A stretch of DNA of 64,000 bases from Candidatus Zixiibacteriota bacterium. Lineage in GTDB: Bacteria > Electryoneota > B3-LCP. A program made the position numbers and the translations under genes. This document shows positions 37,610 through 48,231 of this stretch, one piece after another. The DNA is taken from positions 6,124 through 70,123 of the forward strand of contig QZKQ01000056.1 of the NCBI GenBank assembly GCA_003599535.1, written 5' to 3'. The stretch's first letter is position 1. Each line of letters starts with the position of its first letter. The notes below the pieces were generated by a model that had not been told where the DNA came from, ran no database searches, and saw only the letters and a list, made by a program, of their open reading frames with translations.

Positions 37610-39008
37610 CATTCCCAAAATCGCCGTGGTGGGCGGCGGCGTGGCCGGCCTGGCCACCGCCTGGCTGATGGCCGAGCTGGGCCGCGAAGCCGGCCGCCGC
37701 GCCGAAATCACCGTGTTCGAGGCGCTGCCCGAACCCGGCGGCGCCACCCGCACCGACATTATGGAGGGCTTCACCTGCGAATGGGGCCCCAACGGCTTCC
37801 TGGACAACGAGCCCGCCACCCTGGATCTGGTCGCCCGCCTGGGATTGACCGACCGCCTGGTGAAGGCCGATGAGAGCGCCGGGCGCCGCTTCATTTACTG
37901 GGGCGGCAAGATGCGCGAACTGCCCACCAAGCCGCCGGCCTTTCTGGTCTCCGACATCCTCCCCTGGCCCGCCAAGCTGCGGGTGGCGGGGGAGATCCTG
38001 GTGCCGGCCAAGCGCAACGGCGCCGAAGAGACGGTCTACTCCTTCGGGCGGCGGCGCCTGGGCCGGGGCTTCGCCGACCTGCTGCTCGACCCCATGGTTT
38101 CCGGCATCTTCGCGGGCGACACCCGCGAACTGTCGCTGGAGGCGGTCTTTCCCAAGATGGTGGCCATGGAGCGGGAGTACGGCGGGCTGTTCCGGGCCTT
38201 GATCGCCAAGTCGCGGGAAGCCAAACGCACCGGCCGGAAGATGGGCGGGCCTTCCGGGGCCAACGCCGTCCTGCACACCTTTCGCGAGGGTATGGGCGAG
38301 CTGACCGCGGCGCTGGCTTCCCGGCTGGCCGGCGCGCTGCGCCTCGCCTCCCCGGTGCAGGCCCTGGAAGTCCGCGACGGCGGCTTCCTCCTGCGCCTGG
38401 AAAACGAAACCGTGCCCGCCGACGCGGTGGTTCTGGCCTGCCCCTCGTGGGCCGCGGCGGAGATCATTGCCGGGCTGGACCCGGACGCGGCGCAGGCAGC
38501 GGGAAGGATCTGGCACGCCCCGGTGGACGTGGTCTGCCACGGCCATCCCGCGCCGAACCTGGGGCACGACCTGCACGGCTTCGGAGTGCTGGTGCCCCGC
38601 TCGGAGGGTCTCCGCGCCCTGGGCAGCCTGTGGAGCGATTCCATCTTCCCGGGGCAGGCGCCCGCGGGAATGAAGCTGCTGCGCACCATCCTGGGCGGCG
38701 CCCACGACCCCGCCATCGCCGAACTGTCGGACGCCGAGCTGGAACGCACCGCGCACCGCAACCACGAGCAGATGTTCGGGGTGCGCGCGGAACCGGCCTT
38801 CCGGCGGGTGTTCCGCCACCCCCGGGGCATCGCCCAATACACCCTGGGTCACCTGGGCCGGGTGGCCCAAACCGAGCGCCTGGAGCGCGAGCTTCCGGGC
38901 CTGTACTTCACCGGCGCCTCCTACCGCGGGGTGTCGGTCAACGGCTGCGCCAAGGACGCCTTCCGCGTGGCGCGCGCCTTCTGGGATCAATGGGGAGCCC
39001 GTTCATGA
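37599..39008 (+). CDS. hemY: FAD-dependent protoporphyrinogen oxidase (HemY/PgoX family)
   Basis: N-terminal dinucleotide fold KIAVVGGGVAGLATAW; about 470 aa amine-oxidase-like protein. It overlaps the hemH stop. Confidence 0.8.
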   Translation: MPNSIPKIAVVGGGVAGLATAWLMAELGREAGRRAEITVFEALPEPGGATRTDIMEGFTCEWGPNGFLDNEPATLDLVARLGLTDRLVKADESAGRRFIYWGGKMRELPTKPPAFLVSDILPWPAKLRVAGEILVPAKRNGAEETVYSFGRRRLGRGFADLLLDPMVSGIFAGDTRELSLEAVFPKMVAMEREYGGLFRALIAKSREAKRTGRKMGGPSGANAVLHTFREGMGELTAALASRLAGALRLASPVQALEVRDGGFLLRLENETVPADAVVLACPSWAAAEIIAGLDPDAAQAAGRIWHAPVDVVCHGHPAPNLGHDLHGFGVLVPRSEGLRALGSLWSDSIFPGQAPAGMKLLRTILGGAHDPAIAELSDAELERTAHRNHEQMFGVRAEPAFRRVFRHPRGIAQYTLGHLGRVAQTERLERELPGLYFTGASYRGVSVNGCAKDAFRVARAFWDQWGARS

Positions 39009-39829
39009 CCCTGATCGCCTTTTCCCTCCTGCCGGCCCTCCTGCTGCTGATTTACGGAGGGTTGCTGACCACCTGGATCCACCTGGCGCATCGCCCTGAC
39101 GGGCGCGTCGAGGCCCTGGCCGGCCGCGCCGGCTGGGTCGCCTTCGCGCTGTACCACGTCTGGATCCTGGCCCTGGCCGCCGCCCAGCAGCAGCCGCCCA
39201 TCGCCACCCTGGGCCAACTGGCGGCCTTCCTGGGCTTCCTGGTCATGGCCAGCCAGATCCTGGTGGAATCGAGGATGAAGCAGCGCCTGCTGGTCATCCT
39301 GCCCCTGGGCACCGTGACCCTGCTGCTGCTCCTGGCCGTGGCCGCCGGAGTGCGCCCGCAAGAGACGCCTGAAGCGGTCCGGGGGGCCGGCGCCACCCTG
39401 CACATCGCGCTGTCCCTGGGCGGCATCGCCATGCTCCTGGGCAGCGGAGTCTTCGGCGCGGGAGAACTGATCCTGCAGCGGGAGATCGCCCAGCGCACCT
39501 TCGGCCCGTTCTTCGCTTCGCTGCCCTCCCTGGAGGACCTGCGCAAGCTGCGCGTTCTGACCCTGGGCCTGGGTTGGCTGCTGATCACCGTCAGCCTGGG
39601 GTCAGCCATGATCTGGATGCGGCTGTTCCGGACTGATTCCGAGCTGGTGGCCTCCCACCTGCACCCCATGGTGACCCTGTGGGTGGTGGTCACCGCGCTG
39701 GCGGCGGCGGGACGCTTCGGCTGGCTGCGGCGTTCGCGGCTGGCGGCGCTGTCAGTGGGGCTGGCCGCGCTGGTCATGGCGCTGGCGGTCGTTTCCGTGG
39801 TGGAATTCTTCGTGGGGGAATGGCTATGA
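39005..39829 (+). CDS. CcsA-like membrane protein (HemX-type, cytochrome c assembly family)
   Basis: 274-aa, about 8-TM protein embedded in the hem operon as in hemAXCDBL-type operons. No WWD motif, so a HemX-like regulatory role is inferred from context only. Confidence 0.45.
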   Translation: MTLIAFSLLPALLLLIYGGLLTTWIHLAHRPDGRVEALAGRAGWVAFALYHVWILALAAAQQQPPIATLGQLAAFLGFLVMASQILVESRMKQRLLVILPLGTVTLLLLLAVAAGVRPQETPEAVRGAGATLHIALSLGGIAMLLGSGVFGAGELILQREIAQRTFGPFFASLPSLEDLRKLRVLTLGLGWLLITVSLGSAMIWMRLFRTDSELVASHLHPMVTLWVVVTALAAAGRFGWLRRSRLAALSVGLAALVMALAVVSVVEFFVGEWL

Positions 39830-41124
39830 TGCTGGAAATGGTGGGCCTGAACCACACCACCTCGGTTCTGGCTACGCGGGACAAGGCAGCCATCAGCCGG
39901 GACCGGATTCGCGAAGTGTCCGAATTCCTGCTGCAGGTGAAGCACGTGGAAGGGGTGGTCATCCTCTCCACCTGCAACCGCGTGGAGCTATACCTTTCGC
40001 CCAGTTATCACCTGACCGAACCGGTGCTGCGGGAACTTTTCGCCCGGGTTTGCCATCTAACCGCTGAAGAGGCCCGCGCCGCCTACGTATACCACGACGC
40101 CGCCGCGGTTTCCCATCTGTTCCGTGTGGCCGCCGGCCTGGACAGCCAACTGCTGGGCGAAGTGCAGATTCTGGCCCAGGTGAAGGACGCCTACCAGGCC
40201 GCCCTGGAGAACGCCACCACCAATGCCTTCCTGAACCGCGTCTTCCTGCGGGCCATCGAAACCGGCAAGCTGGTGCGGCACCGCACCGGCATCTCGCAGG
40301 GGGCCGTGTCGGTGGCCTACGCCGCCGTGGACCTGGCCCTGCGCGTCCTGGGCACCCTATCCGGCCGCAAGGTGCTGCTGGTCGGCGCCGGACAGACCGT
40401 GCGCCTGGCGTCCAAATACATGGCCGACTTCGGAGCCGCCTCCTGGCGCGTCAGCAATCGTACCGCGGAGAGAGCCGAGGCCCTGGCTGCCGGCTTGGGC
40501 GGCGAGGTCGCCGCCTTCCCGCCGCGGCCGGAGGACCTGGCTTGGGCCGACGTGGTGGTATCGGCCACCAGCGCCCCGGACCTGCTGATCCGCGCCGACA
40601 CGGCCCGCCCGGCGCTGGAAGGCCGCCGCCATCCGCTGGTCCTCCTCGACTTGGCCGTCCCCCGCGACGTGGATCCCGCCCTGGCTGGAACCGAAGACCT
40701 GTACCTCTATACCGTGGATGACTTCCAGGAACTGGTCCAGGCCAACCTGCGGGCCCGGCAGCGGGAAGCCGCCCGCGCCGAGAAGCTGGTGGATAAGATG
40801 GTGGAGGAGTTCCAGGCCTGGTACCAGGAGAACCGCATCTCGCCCACCATCCAGCAGTTGCAGGAAGTGCTGGAAGGCATCCGGCTTTCCGAAGTGGAAA
40901 ACAACGCCCGCCGCTTCTGCCCGGAAGACCGGGAGCAGATTGACAGGTTTTCCCGGGCGTTGATCAAGAAGGTCACCAGCCTGATCATCGCCAACATGAA
41001 GCGGGCCTGCGCCGACCGCAACGACCTGTCCCTGGCCCGGGCCGTATCTCTGGCCTTCGCCCCCGCCGATGAAGCCGTTGTCAAGGAAGTACTGGAGAAG
41101 CTGAACCGTGAGCTATCCCACTGA
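39826..41124 (+). CDS. hemA: glutamyl-tRNA reductase
   Basis: [10 protein letters not shown]...[11 protein letters not shown] catalytic Cys region and an NADPH-binding domain. Confidence 0.9.
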   Translation: MMLEMVGLNHTTSVLATRDKAAISRDRIREVSEFLLQVKHVEGVVILSTCNRVELYLSPSYHLTEPVLRELFARVCHLTAEEARAAYVYHDAAAVSHLFRVAAGLDSQLLGEVQILAQVKDAYQAALENATTNAFLNRVFLRAIETGKLVRHRTGISQGAVSVAYAAVDLALRVLGTLSGRKVLLVGAGQTVRLASKYMADFGAASWRVSNRTAERAEALAAGLGGEVAAFPPRPEDLAWADVVVSATSAPDLLIRADTARPALEGRRHPLVLLDLAVPRDVDPALAGTEDLYLYTVDDFQELVQANLRARQREAARAEKLVDKMVEEFQAWYQENRISPTIQQLQEVLEGIRLSEVENNARRFCPEDREQIDRFSRALIKKVTSLIIANMKRACADRNDLSLARAVSLAFAPADEAVVKEVLEKLNRELSH

Positions 41125-42085
41125 CCGTCCCCGCCGCCTGCGCCGCGGCGAAACCCTGCGCCGCCTGGTGCGCGAAACCGTCCTGACCGCCGACGACCTG
41201 GTCCAGCCGCTGTTCGTGGTCCCCGGCCGCGGCGTGCGCCGGGAAATTTCCAGCCTGCCGGGCCAGTACCACCTGTCGGTGGACGAAGCCGCCGCCGAAG
41301 CCGCCCGGCTGGCCGGGCTGGGCGTGCCGGGCCTGATTCTCTTCGGCATCCCCGCGCGCAAGGACGAGACCGGGTCTTCCGCCTGGGACGACGACGGTGA
41401 AGTCCAGCGGGCCGTCCGGGCCATCCGGGAAGCCGCGCCGGGGCTGGTGGTCATGACCGACGTCTGTCTGTGCGAATACACCAGCCACGGCCACTGCGGC
41501 GTTATTTCCGGCGGGGAGGTGGACAACGACCCCACCCTGGAACTGCTGGCCCGGACCGCCGTCAGCCACGCCCGCGCCGGCGCCGATGTGGTCGCCCCGT
41601 CCGACATGATGGACGGCCGGGTGCATGCCATCCGCCAGGAGCTGGACCGGGAAGGCTTCGGCCAGACCGCCATCCTCTCCTATGCGGTAAAGTACGCCTC
41701 GGCCTACTACGGCCCCTTCCGCGAAGCCGCCGGGTCGGCCCCTCAGTTCGGCGACCGCCGCGGCTACCAGATGGACCCGGCCAACGCCCGCGAAGCGCTG
41801 CGCGAGGCGGAACTGGACCTGGCCGAGGGAGCCGACATGATCATGGTCAAGCCGGGCTTGGCCTACCTGGACGTGCTGGCCCTGGTCAAGCGCACCTTCA
41901 ACCGGGTGACCGCCGCCTACCAGGTGTCGGGCGAGTACGCCATGATCGAAGCCGCCGCGCAGCAGGGCTGGATTGACCGCCGGCGCTTGATCCTGGAGAC
42001 CCTGACCAGCTTCAAGCGCGCCGGCGCGGACTTCATCCTGACCTACTACGCCGGCGAAGTGGCAGGGTGGCTGAAGGAAGGGTAG
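41108..42085 (+). CDS. hemB: porphobilinogen synthase (ALA dehydratase)
   Basis: RPRRLR...[15 protein letters not shown] metal-binding Cys triad. GTG start overlaps the hemA end. Confidence 0.9.
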   Translation: MSYPTDRPRRLRRGETLRRLVRETVLTADDLVQPLFVVPGRGVRREISSLPGQYHLSVDEAAAEAARLAGLGVPGLILFGIPARKDETGSSAWDDDGEVQRAVRAIREAAPGLVVMTDVCLCEYTSHGHCGVISGGEVDNDPTLELLARTAVSHARAGADVVAPSDMMDGRVHAIRQELDREGFGQTAILSYAVKYASAYYGPFREAAGSAPQFGDRRGYQMDPANAREALREAELDLAEGADMIMVKPGLAYLDVLALVKRTFNRVTAAYQVSGEYAMIEAAAQQGWIDRRRLILETLTSFKRAGADFILTYYAGEVAGWLKEG

Positions 42086-42279
42086 AGCTCTCACCTCCAC
42101 CCGCTTGCCCCGCCCTGTTTTGATCCCCCCCTGCCCCCCCTTGTTAAGGGGGGATAAAGGGGGGATAGAAAAGGAGGGGATGATCACCTTGGATTAGCGC
42201 TTTTAATTGTCTAAGACCATTAGCGGGATAGCATGATAGTAGCCCAGGAATTCATTCCTGGGACGAAGGCCGGACGGGG

Positions 42280-42520
42280 CAGATCGTAGGGGCGATGCAT
42301 CTGCCCGGAAGAGGCCTCTGACCATGACCGCACCACGATTCTTTCCGAGGGCAACATGGTTCAACTCATTGTGCAGAGGCTTCGCCCTGGAACGATATGG
42401 CAGCCCATCCCCACGCAGGGCGAAGCATTTGCGCACCTTGTCCCGTGATGCAGGTCTTCCCAGAAATCGGTGACCCGGTCCAGCCATAAAGGGCGCATCC
42501 CGGCAAATGCATCGCCCCCA
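42280..42520. repeat. interspersed structured repeat element, copy B (inverted relative to copy A)
   Basis: gtaggggcgatgcatctgcccggaagaggcc (42286-42316) is the exact reverse complement of 12308-12338. Units cagaggcttcgccctg, gggcgaagcatttgcgca and ggcaaatgcatcgcccc follow in the same order as in A. Confidence 0.7.
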
Positions 42521-42731
42521 CACCACCGTTCATTCGTAATTCTAACAGCGAGGGAATCGCCGCCAGGAATCGCTACTCTAACGGGGTGATCTGTAGCAAT
42601 CAGGCTGAGACACTGCCTTTTCCAAACCGACCGGGCCTCATGGCCCCGCTTCAATCCTGGCGGCAACGCCGTAATCCCTTCAATCCATGATTCTGACAAT
42701 ACGCCTCGGCGAATAAATCACCACGACGACC

Positions 42732-44009
42732 ATGTCCCAATCCCAACAGCTCTTCGACCGCGCCCGGCGGCTGCTGCCCGGCGGAGTCAATTCTCCGGTG
42801 CGGGCCTTCAAGGCCGTGGGCGGCACGCCCCCCTTCATCGCCTCGGCTTCCGGCTGCACCCTGACCGATGTGGACGGCCGGGAATACCTGGACTATATCG
42901 GCTCCTGGGGACCCATGATCGCGGGGCACGCCCACCCGGAGGTCACTTCCGCCATTGAGGCGGCGGCGCGGCGCGGCACCAGCTTCGGCGCGCCCGGCCC
43001 GCTGGAGGTCGAGCTGGCCGAGGAGATCGTCCACCGTGTGCCGTCGGTAGACATGGTACGCATGGTCAATTCCGGCACCGAAGCCACCATGAGCGCCGTA
43101 CGCCTGGCCCGGGCCGCCACCCGGCGTGAGGTCGTCATCAAATTTGCCGGCTGTTACCACGGCCACGCCGACAGCTTCCTGATCCAGGCCGGATCCGGCG
43201 TCGCCACGCTGGGGCTGCCCGACAGCCCCGGAGTCACCGCCGGAGCCGCCCGCGATACCCGCGTGGCCCGCTACAACGACCTGGATTCCGTGGCCGCCAT
43301 TTTTGACCGGGAGGGTTCCCAGGTGGCCGCGGTGATCGTCGAGCCGGTGGCGGGCAACATGGGCGTGGTCCCGCCCCGGACCGGTTTCCTGGAAGGCCTG
43401 CGGGCCCTGTGCGACCGCCACGGCGCCCTGCTGATCTTCGACGAGGTGATGACCGGGTTCCGGGTGCACCCCGCCGGCGCTCAAGGGTTGTACAGCCTCC
43501 GCCCGGACCTGTCCACCTTCGGCAAGGTCATCGGCGGGGGCCTGCCCGTGGGAGCCTACGGCGGCCGCACCGACCTGATGACCCTGATCGCTCCCTCCGG
43601 GCCGGTCTACCAGGCAGGGACGCTGTCCGGCAATCCCCTGGCCATGGCCGCGGGCCTGGCCACCCTGAAGCTCCTGGACGAGGCCGCCTACGCCCGACTG
43701 GAGACCGTGTCCGCCGCGCTGGAAGCCGGGCTGCTGGACGCCTGCCGCCAAGCCGGCGTTCCCGCCGTGGTACAGCGGGTCGGGTCCATGCTGACGCTCT
43801 TCTTCCACGCCGGCCCGGTGCACAATATGGACGACGCCTCCCAGGCCGATCATCCCCGCTTTGCCCGCTTCTTCGCCGCCCTGCTGGAACAGGGCGTGCA
43901 CCTGCCGCCCAGCGGTTACGAGGCCTGGTTCGTCTCCCTGGCCCACGACGAGACCGTCGTCGAACATACCCTGGCCGCCGCCCGGAAGGCGTTGGAAGCC
44001 GGCCGGTGA
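42732..44009 (+). CDS. hemL: glutamate-1-semialdehyde 2,1-aminomutase
   Basis: [13 protein letters not shown]... PLP-dependent class III aminotransferase with the HemL signature. Confidence 0.9.
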   Translation: MSQSQQLFDRARRLLPGGVNSPVRAFKAVGGTPPFIASASGCTLTDVDGREYLDYIGSWGPMIAGHAHPEVTSAIEAAARRGTSFGAPGPLEVELAEEIVHRVPSVDMVRMVNSGTEATMSAVRLARAATRREVVIKFAGCYHGHADSFLIQAGSGVATLGLPDSPGVTAGAARDTRVARYNDLDSVAAIFDREGSQVAAVIVEPVAGNMGVVPPRTGFLEGLRALCDRHGALLIFDEVMTGFRVHPAGAQGLYSLRPDLSTFGKVIGGGLPVGAYGGRTDLMTLIAPSGPVYQAGTLSGNPLAMAAGLATLKLLDEAAYARLETVSAALEAGLLDACRQAGVPAVVQRVGSMLTLFFHAGPVHNMDDASQADHPRFARFFAALLEQGVHLPPSGYEAWFVSLAHDETVVEHTLAAARKALEAGR

Positions 44010-44024
44010 TAACGGGCTCCCAAT

Positions 44025-45131
44025 ATGCCTACCAATCGCCCCTCCCGCCGCCATTTCCTGCTTTTCCTGCTGTTGACGCTGTTCGCCTTCGCCCAGCTCG
44101 GCTGGTGGATCATCTTCCAGATGGAAGAGGGAGCCCGGGTGTCGCGTCTCCAGGAGGACCTGTGGGCCGGCCAGATCGCCACCGCCCGCCAATGGCTGGA
44201 AGTCCACGAAGCCACCTATGCGGAGACCTGGTCCTGGCTGGCGCAGACCTTCCCCGACCTGGAACTGCAGCCGGGCGGCGACTTCGCCGTCAGCGAGGAG
44301 GCGCGGCAGCGGCTGGATCACCTGGCCCGGGGCCGGGTGCGTATGTTCGTGTGGGAAGGTGGATTCTTTACCCTGGTGCTGCTGGCGGGAGTCGGATTCA
44401 TGCTCCGCACCCTGCGCCGCGAGATCCTGACCGAGCGCCGCCAGTCCGTGTTCCTGTCGGCCACTTCGCACGAACTGAAGACCCCCATCACCTCCCTGCG
44501 GCTCTACCTGGACACCCTGATGGAGCGCGACCTCCCCCCTGAGCAGAAGCGCGAGTTGATGACGGTCATGCAGCAGGACCTGCAGCGGCTGACCGACCTG
44601 ATTGACCGCCTGCTGCAAGCTCAGAACCTGTCCGCGGGGCGGCGGTCCGCGTCCCTGCAACTTACCAACCTGACCGAAGAGACCCGCGCCGCCCTGGATC
44701 AGTACGCCGGCGTCTTCGGCCTGAAGGGCTGCCGGCTGGATTCCCGCCTGGAGGAAAACCTCTTCGCCCTGGCCGATCCCGACCGCTGGCAGGTGGTAGT
44801 CAAGAACCTGCTGGACAACGCCTGCAAGTATTCCCCTTCCGGCAGCCCCCTGGAACTGCGCCTGGTTCGCGCCGGGAAGCAGGCCCGCCTGGAAGTCACC
44901 GACCACGGCGCCGGCCTGGAAAAGGGCGACACCGAGCGCATTTTCGAACGCTTCTACCGCGCCGATAACGATGCCACCCGCCGCGCCCGGGGCACCGGCC
45001 TGGGGCTTTACCTGGCCCGCGTCATGGTCGAATCCTTCGGAGGGAAGATTTCCGCGCGCAGCCCGGGACCGGGGCAGGGGAGCACCTTTATCGTAGAACT
45101 GCCGCTGGCGCGGGGAGGGAGCGATGCCTGA
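44025..45131 (+). CDS. two-component sensor histidine kinase
   Basis: N-terminal TM segment, HisKA motif SATSHELKTPITSL and an HATPase_c domain (GTGLGLYLAR). Confidence 0.8.
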   Translation: MPTNRPSRRHFLLFLLLTLFAFAQLGWWIIFQMEEGARVSRLQEDLWAGQIATARQWLEVHEATYAETWSWLAQTFPDLELQPGGDFAVSEEARQRLDHLARGRVRMFVWEGGFFTLVLLAGVGFMLRTLRREILTERRQSVFLSATSHELKTPITSLRLYLDTLMERDLPPEQKRELMTVMQQDLQRLTDLIDRLLQAQNLSAGRRSASLQLTNLTEETRAALDQYAGVFGLKGCRLDSRLEENLFALADPDRWQVVVKNLLDNACKYSPSGSPLELRLVRAGKQARLEVTDHGAGLEKGDTERIFERFYRADNDATRRARGTGLGLYLARVMVESFGGKISARSPGPGQGSTFIVELPLARGGSDA

Positions 45132-45831
45132 ACGCATCCTGATCGTGGAAGACGAGGAGCACATCGCCCGAGGGGTGAAACTCAACCTGGAAGCGGAAGG
45201 ATACCGGGTGGAGGTGGTGGACGACGGGCGGGAGGCCATCGCGCATATCCGCCGCGCCGAACCCGACCTGGTCATCCTGGACGTCAACCTGCCCGGCGTG
45301 GACGGTTTTACCGTATGCGAGACGGTGCGGGGGGAAGGGCGGCGCGTCCCCATCTTGTTCCTGACCGTGCGGGACAGCGAGGACGACCGGGTGCGCGGCC
45401 TGGAACTGGGCGGGGACGACTACCTGGCCAAGCCCTTCAGCATCCGCGAACTGTTGCAGCGGGTCAAGGCCATCCTGCGGCGGGAAGAGTGGTACCGGCA
45501 GGATCCGGCGACCGGCAGCGTCCTGCAGTTCGGCCCCAACCGGGTGGACTTCTCCGCCTACCGGGCCTGGACGCCGCAGGGGGAAATCGCCCTGACCCAG
45601 AAGGAGTGCATGCTGCTGAAGCTGCTGGCGGAAAACGAGGGCCGGGTAGTGGACCGCAATACCATCCTGGACCAGGTGTGGGGCTACGACCGCTACCCGT
45701 CCACCCGCACCATTGACAACCTCATCCTGCGCCTGCGCAAGACCTTCGAAGCCGACCCCAAACGCCCCCGGCATATTCACTCGCTCTACGGGGCGGGGTA
45801 CAAGTTCACCCGGGAGGAGACGGAAGGATGA
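45124..45831 (+). CDS. OmpR/PhoB-family response regulator
   Basis: Receiver domain (ILIVEDEE...VILDVNLPG) with a winged-helix C-terminus (HIHSLYGAGYKF). It overlaps the kinase gene. Confidence 0.85.
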   Translation: MPERILIVEDEEHIARGVKLNLEAEGYRVEVVDDGREAIAHIRRAEPDLVILDVNLPGVDGFTVCETVRGEGRRVPILFLTVRDSEDDRVRGLELGGDDYLAKPFSIRELLQRVKAILRREEWYRQDPATGSVLQFGPNRVDFSAYRAWTPQGEIALTQKECMLLKLLAENEGRVVDRNTILDQVWGYDRYPSTRTIDNLILRLRKTFEADPKRPRHIHSLYGAGYKFTREETEG

Positions 45832-46039
45832 AGGTGAAAAAAGAAAGTCTAAAGGATAAAGTATAAAGTATAAAGAAAACAGGAGGGTAGGACAGACATT
45901 CTTGTCTGCCGGTGGGACGGGCGCCTGTCACATGGTGCTTGGTGCTTGATACTTGGAGGGGCACGCTTTGTCGTGGCCATTTTTTGTTCATTGCGAGGCT
46001 CCACAAAAGCCGAAGCCATCTCAAACCCAGAACCGTGTC

Positions 46040-46082
46040 ATTGCTTCGTCATCCCGACCGCTGGTCGGGATGACGAAGCAAT
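46040..46082. repeat. perfect 20-bp inverted repeat (attgcttcgtcatcccgacc-gct-ggtcgggatgacgaagcaat)
   Basis: Exact reverse-complement arms with a 3-nt loop in the 400-bp intergenic region. Confidence 0.9.
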
Positions 46083-46129
46083 CTCAACTCTCCGTCCGCC
46101 TCCGCCCACCCCTCAAGGAGTGGGCTACG

Positions 46130-46162
46130 GCTAAAATGAGAAAGCCCCGTAAACGGGGCTCC
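46130..46162 (-). terminator. minus-strand rho-independent terminator (second of a tandem pair) for the SBBP gene
   Basis: agccccgtaaacggggct hairpin with a T-rich tract on the minus strand (TTCTCATTTT). Confidence 0.5.
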
Positions 46163-46196
46163 TGTAGCTGCGAGCTGCGAGATGCGAGCTACGAGA

Positions 46197-46231
46197 AAGG
46201 GGCGGTCCCACCGGGCCGCCCCTACTTTTTA
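46197..46231. terminator. possible bidirectional hairpin terminator
   Basis: ggggcggtccc-acc-gggccgcccc hairpin with TACTTTTTACTTTTT on the plus side, placed 10 nt below the stop of the minus-strand SBBP gene. Confidence 0.55.
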
Positions 46232-46235
46232 CTTT

Positions 46236-48212
46236 TTACTTGAGTAAAACCACCTTCTGCACCTGCGTAAAGTCGCCCGCCTCCAGCCTCACGAAATACG
46301 CCCCCGCCGCCAGCCCCGAGGCGTCAAACGTCAGCTCGTGATTTCCCGCCTCCCGCCAGCCGTCCACCAGCGTTCTGACTTCGCGGCCGGCGGTGTCGTA
46401 GACTTTCAGTCGGATGTGGCCGGCAGCCGGGAGCGTGAAGCCCAGAGCCGTCAGCGGATTAAAAGGGTTGGGCGAGGGCGGCAGCAGGCGGCACTCCTGC
46501 GGCAGCGGCGCGCCGAAGGCCGTGGCGGTGGGGGATTGCCAGTTGAGGAGGGTGCCTGAGGAATACTTGATGGTAACGTAGTCTTCATTTGTCCCCATCC
46601 CGTTACTGCTTCCTGTCACATAAATATTACCGGCTATATCGACATGAAGTCCACCCAATCCGTGATCGACAGCGTTGGCAGGTCCATTGTAACCCGCCAC
46701 CCACATCTGGACTCCGTTAAGGTTGTACTTGATTGTGGTAATATCGCCGTAACTGGATCCCATGACTATTACGTTGCCGCCATCGTCCAAAGCGAGCTTA
46801 TAGCCATAGTCATCAATTGCTCCTGGCCCACTGTAGTATGCCACCCACTGCTCCACGCCATAAGGATCGTACTTAATGGTGGCACAATCGTCGTTATAAA
46901 CAAAAATCTGAGTAAACCCGGTAATATATACATTACCAGCCCCGTCCACAGCCAAATCAAAAGCTTGATCAACCGCATCACCAAGACCATTAAATATCGC
47001 AATCCACTGTTGAATGCCGGCAGAGTCATATTTAATCGTAACATAATCCCAACTTGTCAAGCTTCCATAGCTGGTTCCAGTCACATAAATATTGTCCTCA
47101 GCATCCAATACTAAACTGCGAGCGCAATCTTCATAATTCCCTGATCCGTTATGCCGTGCCACCCATATCTGGTCACCTGACGAATTGTATTTAATGGTAG
47201 CGCAATCATCCGATGTTCCGACTCCATTGCTTTCCCCTGTGACATAAATATCGCCGTCACTGCCTGAGGCTAAACTGTAGGCACGATCGTTGTTAGATGC
47301 AGGGCCATCGTATCTTGCGGCCCATTGCTGGTTTCCCGTAGAATCATACTTGACAGTAGTATAATCTTCGTCACCGCCGATTCCACAACTATACCCAGTC
47401 ACGTATACATTGCCGTCATCATCAATGATAATAGCCACGGCAATATCATGTGAATTTCCAGGCCCATTGTAACGCGCAAGCCACTGACGGACCCCAGAAG
47501 AGTCGTATTTTATTGTGGCATAATCATAGTTTGATCCATTCCCGTAACTTCCACCTGTCACATAGACATTCCCCTGTTCGTCACATGCTAAATCATAGGC
47601 TTCGTCGTCATCATTGCCTGGCCCATTATATTGCGCAATCCACTGCTGGATTCCTGAAGAACTATATTTGATGGTCATATAATCATAGGATGATCCGTTT
47701 CCAGTACAGTAGCCTGTCACGAAGAGATTATCTGAATCATCCGCAACAATATTAGTGGACCAATCTTCGTAGTTTCCCATTCCGTTAAACCGCGCCGTCC
47801 ATTCCTGAATGACTCCTCCCGTCAGCATCTGCTTCTGGAACTGCAGCGTGTCCCCCGCCCAGACGGCGCCGGGGTGCAGCCCCACGTAGGCGCGCAGGGT
47901 GTAGTAGCCCACCGGCGACCCCTGCGTCAGCGGCACACTGCGTTCCCAAGTCATGGTTTCCCCCGCCTGGAAGGTCTGCGTCACCGGCCCAGGCGAGGGC
48001 CCGGCGCTGCCGCTGGGCCGGGAGCTCGTGCCCCAGATATCGGCGCTGATGGTCGGCCCCAGGTTGGTGACGGACAGGCGGTAGGAAAACGTGCCGCCGC
48101 TGTCGGGCAGGACTAGCGGCGTGAGTGGGGTCAGCTCGACGGTGAAGGGTTGGTTCCAACCCGCTGACGGCAGGAGCAGGAGAACCAGGGCGATAAGGGC
48201 GAGGCTTCGCAT
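46236..48212 (-). CDS. secreted SBBP beta-propeller-repeat protein with T9SS C-terminal sorting domain
   Basis: Signal peptide and more than 8 SBBP-like repeats (YNGPGN..D.A.....D..GNVYVTG.S.G.G...DY.TIKYDS.G...W). C-terminus ...AGAYFVRLEAGDFTQVQKVVLLK. Confidence 0.8.
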   Translation of the reverse strand: MRSLALIALVLLLLPSAGWNQPFTVELTPLTPLVLPDSGGTFSYRLSVTNLGPTISADIWGTSSRPSGSAGPSPGPVTQTFQAGETMTWERSVPLTQGSPVGYYTLRAYVGLHPGAVWAGDTLQFQKQMLTGGVIQEWTARFNGMGNYEDWSTNIVADDSDNLFVTGYCTGNGSSYDYMTIKYSSSGIQQWIAQYNGPGNDDDEAYDLACDEQGNVYVTGGSYGNGSNYDYATIKYDSSGVRQWLARYNGPGNSHDIAVAIIIDDDGNVYVTGYSCGIGGDEDYTTVKYDSTGNQQWAARYDGPASNNDRAYSLASGSDGDIYVTGESNGVGTSDDCATIKYNSSGDQIWVARHNGSGNYEDCARSLVLDAEDNIYVTGTSYGSLTSWDYVTIKYDSAGIQQWIAIFNGLGDAVDQAFDLAVDGAGNVYITGFTQIFVYNDDCATIKYDPYGVEQWVAYYSGPGAIDDYGYKLALDDGGNVIVMGSSYGDITTIKYNLNGVQMWVAGYNGPANAVDHGLGGLHVDIAGNIYVTGSSNGMGTNEDYVTIKYSSGTLLNWQSPTATAFGAPLPQECRLLPPSPNPFNPLTALGFTLPAAGHIRLKVYDTAGREVRTLVDGWREAGNHELTFDASGLAAGAYFVRLEAGDFTQVQKVVLLK

Positions 48213-48231
48213 GGCAAGCTCCGGGGGAAGG

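Noticed and set aside
45953-46243. 96-aa ORF in the RR-SBBP intergenic region.
   Set aside because: It spans the 20-bp palindrome, repeats and terminator hairpins. Its translation is low-complexity with no RBS.
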